Source: Candidatus Heimdallarchaeota archaeon (GTDB lineage: Archaea > Asgardarchaeota > Heimdallarchaeia > JABLTI01). Taken from it: a stretch of DNA of 14,610 bases. The stretch covers positions 1-14,610 of the forward strand of contig JAUWKS010000075.1 in assembly GCA_030614005.1 (NCBI GenBank). The letters run 5' to 3'. Shown one piece after another: positions 7,842-14,463 of the stretch. The translations under genes and the position numbers were made by a program. Every line of letters starts with the position of its first letter. Within the stretch, counting starts at the first letter, position 1. The notes under the pieces are model-generated. The model did no database searches and was not told where the DNA came from. It was given only the letters and a program-made list of their open reading frames with translations.

Positions 7842-7877
7842 ATAGTACTGTTTTTGTACTATAAAAACAATAGTACT
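7842..7877 (-). promoter_or_regulatory. Triple-box RHH operator overlapping the TATA box
   Basis: atagtac-tgttttt-gtactat-aaaaaca-atagtac: alternating 7-bp boxes at a 14-nt period; TTTTTATA on the minus strand at 7860-7867. Confidence 0.6.
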
Positions 7878-7903
7878 TGTAAGTGGAGAAAAATAGAGAG
7901 AAA

Positions 7904-7940
7904 TGGTGGGCGAGGCGAAATTTGAATCCGCGACTTCCAA
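7904..7940 (-). repeat. tRNA-3'-end repeat R5 (different T-stem)
   Basis: Minus strand TTGGAAGTC-GCGGA-TTCAAAT-TTCGC-CTCGCCC-ACCA. Confidence 0.9.
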
Positions 7941-8011
7941 TTAGATAAGAAAGTTTGATCAAGTTTCTTAGGAAAGATGATTACAACCAATTGCTGTATT
8001 GTATTCCTCAT

Positions 8012-8497
8012 TTAACGTTTTAATGAAGCGAATTTTGATTCATCAAATTCCTTTCCTTTGTTTAATATCAAAGGTGGATCAAACACAGGGTCAATTCGAA
8101 GTAAACTTGTGATTCTTAACAAATTTTTATCATTAGTGACAATCGTTTCAACATCTTTAGATAGCATACTCGCTAATATTAGGCAATCTCGTCCACCAAC
8201 TCCTTTACTTCGATTTGACTTTAAAAGCTCTAGCGCTATTAACATAATATCAGTATCGACAGGCACAAAGGTGATGTTTTCCTGGGTAACCCATTTTAAA
8301 ATTAACTTTTCTGTGGAGATTTTGTCTAATTTGGGAACCGCATAGAGATTATGGGAGACTTCAAGGGGGATTATCGTACTAAGCATAATTTGTTCATTTG
8401 CCAAGATTCCTTCGAACCATTTCTGAACACTGGTATTTGCTATGGCATTGGGATCAAAATAATAAATCCAGATTTGACTGTCAATTGCAATCATCAC
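8012..8497 (-). CDS. vapC: VapC PIN-domain toxin
   Basis: IAIDSQIWIY, STIIPLEV, GGRDCLILA, IVTNDKNL. Confidence 0.9.
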   Translation of the reverse strand: MMIAIDSQIWIYYFDPNAIANTSVQKWFEGILANEQIMLSTIIPLEVSHNLYAVPKLDKISTEKLILKWVTQENITFVPVDTDIMLIALELLKSNRSKGVGGRDCLILASMLSKDVETIVTNDKNLLRITSLLRIDPVFDPPLILNKGKEFDESKFASLKR

Positions 8498-8512
8498 GAG
8501 TTTCCTCCAAAC

Positions 8513-8743
8513 CTAAAACAATTTTTCTGTTGGAATGGGATCAGTAGTTAACTTTCTTAGTTTTTCTTGAAAAGATTCAAGCTCAGATTGAAGGTCGCTT
8601 AAGGATGTAGCTTGAAGTAAAACTAACCGCCCAGCTTCTACTTTAAGAAATAACTTGGAGCCTGGTTTGATGTTTAGTCTTTTACGAATTTCTTTAGGAA
8701 TTAAAATTCTACCTTTTGTATCAACAATTATATCGGAACCCAT
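8513..8743 (-). CDS. AbrB/MazE/SpoVT-family antitoxin
   Basis: VDTKGRILIPKEIRKRLNIKPGSKL swapped-hairpin motif, directly upstream of vapC. Confidence 0.9.
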   Translation of the reverse strand: MGSDIIVDTKGRILIPKEIRKRLNIKPGSKLFLKVEAGRLVLLQATSLSDLQSELESFQEKLRKLTTDPIPTEKLF

Positions 8744-8750
8744 AAGAAGT

Positions 8751-8770
8751 CCACCAAGTGTACTGGGTGG
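8751..8770 (-). promoter_or_regulatory. Putative AbrB operator palindrome
   Basis: CCACC-a-AGT-gt-ACT-g-GGTGG between a TATA-like box (about 8779-8786) and ATG 8743; decayed in the pseudo-copy at 4700-4719. Confidence 0.5.
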
Positions 8771-8879
8771 GAATGAGAATATAAATTTAACTGATAAGTT
8801 AGTGGATTGAGAATTTCAGAAATTAAATTAAAAAAAATCTTGAGATAATAGAAGAGTGGAAAGAGTAGAGAATGAAAAA

Positions 8880-8913
8880 TGGTGGGCGATCCCAGATTTG
8901 AACCGGGGATTTC
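8880..8913 (-). repeat. tRNA-3'-end repeat R6
   Basis: Minus strand GAAATC-CCCGG-TTCAAAT-CTGGG-ATCGCCC-ACCA. Confidence 0.95.
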
Positions 8914-8926
8914 TTTTTTGTAAGGT

Positions 8927-9541
8927 TCATTGATTTTTTTGCATTTTTTTCAGTAGAAATTCTTTTACTTCGTTTTGTTCATACTGAAAATGAGTTGTTA
9001 CTTCCCCTAGTATTTTCAACAATTTATTGAATTTTGATTCTATGACTTTTCTCTCTATTTCTGCATTTGTTATTTTCTTTTTATTTTTCACTTTCTTCCA
9101 ATATTTCAGCAGGGCTACTGTTGTGTATGCATTTTCATTTACTATTGTTATTTTTGACATTCCATATGTTATTACTCTGAATCTTGCATATGGCAGGTAT
9201 TGTATGCATACTGTTATCTTGTCTTTTGATTTGAAAATAATCCTTTCCTCTTGCAAGTTTACTTTGGCGCTTCTAATGAACTGTCTTCTTATCATATTGT
9301 GATATCCTTTCAGCAGTTCCCTAACTGTTTTTTTTGTTTTTGATACTGTGAAATAGATTGTAAAATCATAACCATCTATGAACATTGATGATTTCTTATC
9401 AGTAACTATTCTTATTTCCGCGCTGCTATTCCATTGCCTCATTATTTTTATTATTGTATGTACAGCTGGTTGATATATTGGCTTTTCTTGTACCAGCAGG
9501 TTTGCATATAGTCTTAATTCAGCTTCCTCGCTTATCAGCAT
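8927..9541 (-). CDS. Hypothetical basic protein downstream of the feo genes
   Basis: 204-aa Lys-rich ORF; no recognised family; stop lies 13 nt from R6. Confidence 0.6.
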   Translation of the reverse strand: MLISEEAELRLYANLLVQEKPIYQPAVHTIIKIMRQWNSSAEIRIVTDKKSSMFIDGYDFTIYFTVSKTKKTVRELLKGYHNMIRRQFIRSAKVNLQEERIIFKSKDKITVCIQYLPYARFRVITYGMSKITIVNENAYTTVALLKYWKKVKNKKKITNAEIERKVIESKFNKLLKILGEVTTHFQYEQNEVKEFLLKKMQKNQ

Positions 9542-9617
9542 ACTAGGTTACCGTTCCTTTTTTGTTTTTTTTTTTGTGTGTGTTGTTATTGTTGTTAGCT
9601 GATTTTTCCGCTTATTA

Positions 9618-9890
9618 TTACTCATCTTTTTTCTCTTTCTTTACCAGCAAATATTTTGGTCGATATTTTGATGAGTTACAGCTTTTCATTGAGCATCCAT
9701 TACAACTTCTAGAGCTACAATTCGCTTGTTTTATTTCTACTGCTGCTATTGTTTTTATGTATCCTTTTTGTTCAAGTTGTTTAATTATCATTTCGACTAC
9801 TTTTTCATCCATAGCTAATTTTCTGGCTATCATTGATGTTTTTAGCAGTCCACCATTTTCTAGATAGAACAGTACTTTTGACATAGACAT
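9618..9890 (-). CDS. feoC: FeoC-like winged-helix protein with C-terminal Cys cluster
   Basis: HTH segment IARKLAMDEKVVEMIIKQLEQKGYI followed by CSSRSCNGCSMKSC; lies in the feo operon. Confidence 0.75.
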   Translation of the reverse strand: MSMSKVLFYLENGGLLKTSMIARKLAMDEKVVEMIIKQLEQKGYIKTIAAVEIKQANCSSRSCNGCSMKSCNSSKYRPKYLLVKKEKKDE

Positions 9891-9916
9891 TTTTCTTCCT
9901 CCGAAAAAAAAGAGTA

Positions 9917-10423
9917 TTAGGAAGAAGCTGCTTGAGCTTTTTCCTTTCGCACATCTCGAAACTTGATGAATAATAGCAAGAATATTGGTAATGATATTAT
10001 TCCTAGTAGTATTGGGAAGTATAGTGATGAGAATTCTGTGAAGTCTGGTGCTACTGCTTCTGCTGCTGCATCCACTAGCACAGCGATTATATCTGCCACT
10101 ACCACTAATACATATAGTAAACCAAATACTACTCCTACTCCTGAACCGATTAGGAGAAATGAATTTCCTTCAGGATTTTTCCCTCTGAAATATAATATGG
10201 CTGACCATAGGATAATTAATCCGATTATCACCAGAGCAATTCCTGTCATGAATTCACCTGTCCAACCTAAGAGACTGGTGTTGGCAAATAGAGGCCATTC
10301 TGCTGTTGCTTCGAAAGTTGTCATAAATTGCAGGACTCCAAATGTCATAAAGATCAAAGATAGGACTATTGAGTAGGTTATTCGTAGCCATAATGGAATA
10401 TTTTTAGTTTCATTGATTGTCAT
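9917..10423 (-). CDS. Uncharacterised 4-TM membrane protein inside the feo operon
   Basis: Four hydrophobic segments; SD GAGGTGA; lies between feoB and feoC. Confidence 0.75.
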   Translation of the reverse strand: MTINETKNIPLWLRITYSIVLSLIFMTFGVLQFMTTFEATAEWPLFANTSLLGWTGEFMTGIALVIIGLIILWSAILYFRGKNPEGNSFLLIGSGVGVVFGLLYVLVVVADIIAVLVDAAAEAVAPDFTEFSSLYFPILLGIISLPIFLLLFIKFRDVRKEKAQAASS

Positions 10424-10436
10424 TCATCTCACCTCA

Positions 10437-12467
10437 TCAGATAGCAGCCGCTTGTAAACCGAAACCAACTATAGCTCCAGTTATGTAATAGGCTATTATT
10501 GCTGCAACATAAGCTATTACCAATGTCAGACCCATATTGAAGAACATCCACTTCCAGCTGTTTGTCTCTTGTTTTATTACTCCAAGTGCAGCAACACATG
10601 GGACATAGAGCAAGGTAAACATCATAAATGCCATTCCTGCAGCCGGTCCTATTGTCGCGGCTATTTGTGTTTGAAGTGCTGGATTATCTTCCGCTAAGTC
10701 ATCACCTATTCCAAATGTCGTTCCTAGTGCTCCTACCACTATTTCTTTTGCAATTAATCCGAAGAGCAATGCTGCCCCGAATTGCCAGACTAGTCTTGAT
10801 CCATCGGTCTTCATCCACCAGAAGAGGTAGCTAATAGCAGTTCCAACTTCTTCCATAATGCTGATACCTCCGAATTGAACGTTGCTAAATAGCCAGATCG
10901 CTGCTACAGATATCATGATGACTGAGGTGGCTTTTTTGAGGAACATTTTCCCTCTGTCCCAAGTTTTTCGGGACACGCCTTTTGCTGTTGGAGATGTATA
11001 TGGTTGAAGTTCCATAATAAATGGAGTTCCTTCTCCTCTAAAGAGAGTATTTCGTAATAGAAGTGCAACTAAGATTGCTACCACTATTCCTGTTAGATAG
11101 AGAACTAAAGTTATTGTACTTGGTGAACCTAAAGTAGAGGCAAATGCTCCACCTATGAGAATATACACTGGTAATCTTGCACCGCATGACATGAAGCCAT
11201 TGACCATAATGGTTGTCATTCGATCGTTTTCATTTTTGATTGCTCTTGTAGCCATTATTGCTGGTACATTACAACCAAAGCCAAGTAACATCGGAATAAA
11301 TGATTGACCATTAAGACCAATGCGATTCATCATTTTGTCCATGATAAAGGCAACTCGAGAGAGATATCCCGAATCTTCTAAAAACGCTATTGCTACGAAC
11401 AATAGCAGGATGTTTGGTAAGAAGACTATTACTGATCCAACACCATCAACTAGTGTACCTACAACGAAATTCATGAAGGCACCATCATGAATCAGGAAAA
11501 GCAAATCACCAAGATAACCAAAGAGCATTTCAACTAATCCTATGAAAGGATCGCCCACTGTAAATGTGAATTGAAATACACCCCACATAATTGCGATGAA
11601 TAGAGGAATCCCCCAAATCTTATGAGTGAATACTTCATCCAACATATCTGAAAGATTCCACTCATCAGATTCTGTTTTCGTCTGAACATTTCTGATATAG
11701 TTGCTTATTGCTGAATATCTTGCATTAGAAATAGCTACCATACCGTCGCCATCTAGTAAATCATCAGTTACTTCATCTATTTTCTTTGAAAAAGCACGCT
11801 TTGATATCCCTAAGGAATTTGCTATTGCCCATGTAGATTCATCATTCTCTAATAGAGAGATTGCCAACCAACTTGCAGGATATTTGGTTCCCACGTATGA
11901 TTTAATCTCAGCTTCAACCTTCGAGACTGCATCGCCAACTTTTCCATCATAAGTTAATGGACCGACTGCTAATCCTGCAGCCAATACATCGCAAATTGAT
12001 TCTTTTAAGATCTCAATTCCATCGTTTTTTGTAGCAATTGTTGGAATTACTGGAACACCCAAAACCTTGGACAATTGATCAGTATCAATCGTTACACCTT
12101 TGCTTTCAGCAAGATCAACCATGTTTACAACGACTAAAACCTTCATGCCCAATTCAAGCAATTGTGTTGTTAGATAGAGATTTCTTTCGAGATTTGAACC
12201 ATCTATAATATCAATAACCAAATCTGGTTTTTCTTTTAAGATGTAGTCCAGAGCAATTCGTTCATCAATAGAATACGGTGAAAGAGAATATACACCCGGA
12301 AGATCAATAACTTGTATCTCTTCCTGTTCTTCACCAGTCATCATTCCTTCTTTTTTCTCAACTGTACATCCCGGAAAATTAGCAACCGTCTGTCGTAAAC
12401 CTGTAAGAGCATTAAAAATAACACTCTTTCCGACGTTTGGATTACCAATTAATGCAATGCTTGTCAT
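10437..12467 (-). CDS. feoB: Ferrous iron transporter B
   Basis: G1 GNPNVGKS, NFPGCTVEKKEG, DLPGVYSL, NMVD, plus the TM region LGFGCNVPAIMATR, SCGARLP, LYVPCVA. Confidence 0.98.
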   Translation of the reverse strand: MTSIALIGNPNVGKSVIFNALTGLRQTVANFPGCTVEKKEGMMTGEEQEEIQVIDLPGVYSLSPYSIDERIALDYILKEKPDLVIDIIDGSNLERNLYLTTQLLELGMKVLVVVNMVDLAESKGVTIDTDQLSKVLGVPVIPTIATKNDGIEILKESICDVLAAGLAVGPLTYDGKVGDAVSKVEAEIKSYVGTKYPASWLAISLLENDESTWAIANSLGISKRAFSKKIDEVTDDLLDGDGMVAISNARYSAISNYIRNVQTKTESDEWNLSDMLDEVFTHKIWGIPLFIAIMWGVFQFTFTVGDPFIGLVEMLFGYLGDLLFLIHDGAFMNFVVGTLVDGVGSVIVFLPNILLLFVAIAFLEDSGYLSRVAFIMDKMMNRIGLNGQSFIPMLLGFGCNVPAIMATRAIKNENDRMTTIMVNGFMSCGARLPVYILIGGAFASTLGSPSTITLVLYLTGIVVAILVALLLRNTLFRGEGTPFIMELQPYTSPTAKGVSRKTWDRGKMFLKKATSVIMISVAAIWLFSNVQFGGISIMEEVGTAISYLFWWMKTDGSRLVWQFGAALLFGLIAKEIVVGALGTTFGIGDDLAEDNPALQTQIAATIGPAAGMAFMMFTLLYVPCVAALGVIKQETNSWKWMFFNMGLTLVIAYVAAIIAYYITGAIVGFGLQAAAI

Positions 12468-12709
12468 GGTTCAATTACCTCCACCAAGATTAAGCTTGCA
12501 CTTTTTTTACGGAATGAAAGTTGATACCCTTTAATCAAAAAGTCAATCGGATCACCCAAAGGAGCAACACGCACTACTTCAATTGTCTCGCCAGGTATTA
12601 CACCCATCTCGAGAATAGCTTTCTTTGCAGTGTTTTCTCCTTTGAATTTCTTGATTGTGGCTTTTTGACCAACTTTTAATTTATCCAGAGTTATTTCCAT
12701 AGTAATCAA
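12464..12709 (-). CDS. feoA: Ferrous iron transport protein A (start TTG 12709 or ATG 12700)
   Basis: LEMGVIPGETIEVVRVAPLGDPI...LSFRK; stop overlaps the feoB start (ATGA). Confidence 0.95.
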   Translation of the reverse strand: MITMEITLDKLKVGQKATIKKFKGENTAKKAILEMGVIPGETIEVVRVAPLGDPIDFLIKGYQLSFRKKSASLILVEVIEP

Positions 12710-12835
12710 CCTTTAAATCTGAAACAGCACGAAAAAGTAGTGCGTTATTATAACCCACTTATGAGTTTTAAATAACTGAATCTCCAGTTTTCTTCTGGAT
12801 ATTTGCTGTTTCACCAGATAGTTAATAGGTATAAA

Positions 12836-12883
12836 TGTTAGGAAAACCTAACAGTTATAATTTGTTAGGAGTTCCTAACAAAT
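12836..12883 (-). promoter_or_regulatory. Two DtxR/SirR-type iron-repressor boxes upstream of feoA
   Basis: tgTTAGG-aaaa-CCTAAca (12836-12853) and atttgTTAGG-agtt-CCTAAcaaat (12860-12883); the TTAGG-N4-CCTAA core matches DtxR/SirR operators. Confidence 0.7.
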
Positions 12884-12998
12884 ATAAAGATTCCTATAGA
12901 AAAGAATTTTGAGGGAAAGAGCAAAAATTGTATTCGTTTAATATAAAAAAGAAGGAATCTAAATATAAATAGAAAGACAAAAACAACTTAGAATGAAA

Positions 12999-13035
12999 TG
13001 GTGGGTGATCCCGGATGTGAACCAGGGACTTCCAA
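12999..13035 (-). repeat. tRNA-3'-end repeat R7
   Basis: Minus strand TTGGAAGTC-CCTGG-TTCACAT-CCGGG-ATCACCC-ACCA. Confidence 0.95.
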
Positions 13036-13089
13036 AGATTTTATGAAATGTTTTTATACCAGAAAAAAGAAGATTTATCTGGTGAAAAA

Positions 13090-13323
13090 ATGTCAATCGG
13101 CAAAGTAGGCTCAAAAGGGGAATTATTCCCACCAAAGAAAATTAGAGAAAAAATTGGGCTAAAGGAAGGACAAAGGGTTTTGTACAGAATAGTGCAAGGA
13201 AGATTAGTGGTAGAAAAAATTCCTTCAGCTGAAGAATTATTGGAAAAACCGGCAAAAGTCACAATTACCTTTGAAGAATTCAAAAAACATAGAAGGAAAT
13301 TAAGCAAGGATGCAGAGAAATGA
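13090..13323 (+). CDS. AbrB/MazE/SpoVT-family antitoxin
   Basis: IGKVGSKGELFPPKKIREKIGLKEG; SD GGTGA at 13081 supports ATG 13090; ATGA overlap with vapC. Confidence 0.9.
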   Translation: MSIGKVGSKGELFPPKKIREKIGLKEGQRVLYRIVQGRLVVEKIPSAEELLEKPAKVTITFEEFKKHRRKLSKDAEK

Positions 13324-13778
13324 AGCTGTTATTGGATAGCTCTTTCTTTATGCCTTTTTTAGCTGTAGATATTGTACAATGCCCAAGAAAGGCAATACTA
13401 GAATTAATGACAAAAGAAGAAATCATCAGATCAGAATTGGTAATTTTTGAAGTGTCTGCAAAAGGAAGCAAGTTAGTCAATAATGGGGAAATATCAATTG
13501 AAGAATTAACACAGGGAATAACAGCAATACAATACCTAGAAAAAATGGAAACTATTCCCATACATTATACAGAAATACAAGCATTAGCAAGCGAACTGCG
13601 AAAAAGTCACAGTAATCTTATTGATTGTTTAATGGTTGCAACAGCAGTTTATTACGCAGAGGGAATGCTAACACTAGATAAAGAACTAAAGAAAAAAGTG
13701 CATGAAGAGTGGAATGATATAATAGAGAGCATAAACAAAGAATTCAAGATGATTTTATGGGGAGAATATAAAAAATAA
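13320..13778 (+). CDS. vapC: VapC PIN-domain toxin
   Basis: LLLDSSFF, SELVIFEV, NLIDCLMVATA, LTLDKEL. Confidence 0.85.
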   Translation: MKLLLDSSFFMPFLAVDIVQCPRKAILELMTKEEIIRSELVIFEVSAKGSKLVNNGEISIEELTQGITAIQYLEKMETIPIHYTEIQALASELRKSHSNLIDCLMVATAVYYAEGMLTLDKELKKKVHEEWNDIIESINKEFKMILWGEYKK

Positions 13779-13797
13779 CAAAGATTTAGCTATTTCT

Positions 13798-14163
13798 TTA
13801 GTCTTCAGAAATAAAACTTACTAAAGAACCATTAGCTAATTTCTCTAGCCATTGTTCTGTACCAATCTTTGTTCTGATTGCAAGATGTCCAATTCGAAAT
13901 ATAGCTTCTTCTTTTCCTCGAGGATTATTTGGATCAAATTGCTTTGGTAACAACTCACATGGAAAATCAGCACAAAGTCCACAATGTTCTATATTTTTAT
14001 TTATTGCACATTCAGCGATGATACATTTACCCCAAAACGGTTTTCCAGCGCAACTCATACAACCAGGACATTTGGGTACTTTTTCACCTTTGAAAAATTC
14101 ACAATTATCACAAACTGAACCACAATACCTAGCACTCTTGTATTTTGATGTCATATATTTCAT
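13798..14163 (-). CDS. DUF3795-family Cys-rich protein
   Basis: CGSVCDNC...CPGC...CIIAECA...EHCGLCADFPCE. Confidence 0.8.
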   Translation of the reverse strand: MKYMTSKYKSARYCGSVCDNCEFFKGEKVPKCPGCMSCAGKPFWGKCIIAECAINKNIEHCGLCADFPCELLPKQFDPNNPRGKEEAIFRIGHLAIRTKIGTEQWLEKLANGSLVSFISED

Positions 14164-14463
14164 CTCATTTACTAAATTGTTATAGCTAAACTTTTTTTAT
14201 AATTGATTAGAGAGATAGCTAAAAGTATTCATGTTTTACTAAAAACTATTATGATATTGTATCTGAAGATTATAACATTTTTATTGGTTTTACTATTTGA
14301 ACTTGTTTAGAACAAATAGTACTTGTTTTTGCCGAAATGGACTTCTAGACCTTAAAGAGGAAGTGATTTTTGTAAAGCAAAATATAACAGAAAAAGAACA
14401 TAAGAGAATAGATTTTAGTTTCAAAACAAACATACTTCATATCCCATATACCTCTATCATTTC

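Larger units (their letters stand above)
3474..13778. mobile_element. Cassette array / accreted island delimited by tRNA-3'-end direct repeats
   Basis: Seven co-oriented repeats separate TA and cargo genes; repeat-to-repeat paralogous cassette; no integrase seen in the window. Confidence 0.65.

Noticed and set aside
5190-8746. Shared CTTATGG start context in three minus-strand genes (5192, 5601, 8743)
   Set aside because: Only four bases beyond the ATG itself; not distinguishable from chance in AT-rich DNA.
11548-11558. 11-nt match to the repeat (ggatcgcccac) in opposite orientation
   Set aside because: Lies inside feoB, encoding VGDP; no T-arm; most likely chance.
3529-11952. Other shadow ORFs (3529-, 3929-, 4790-, 6567-, 8058+, 8351+, 9027+, 9562+, 9963+, 10628+, 11701+; also 13041- and 13280-)
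   Set aside because: They overlap well-supported genes, the pseudogene or a repeat on the opposite strand or in another frame, and lack recognisable motifs.
3474-13035. CRISPR array
   Set aside because: Repeat length is similar, but the spacers are 0.8-4.1 kb and hold whole genes, the repeats are clearly tRNA-derived, and no cas genes are present.
3474-13035. Functional tRNA genes or split-tRNA halves
   Set aside because: No D-arm, anticodon loop or 5' half in the window; several copies have a mutated CCA and A58; no complementary leader extensions seen.
3474-13035. Canonical integron attC sites
   Set aside because: No RYYYAAC...GTTRRRY core boxes bracket the repeats, and no intI is present. 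The integron comparison is an analogy only.
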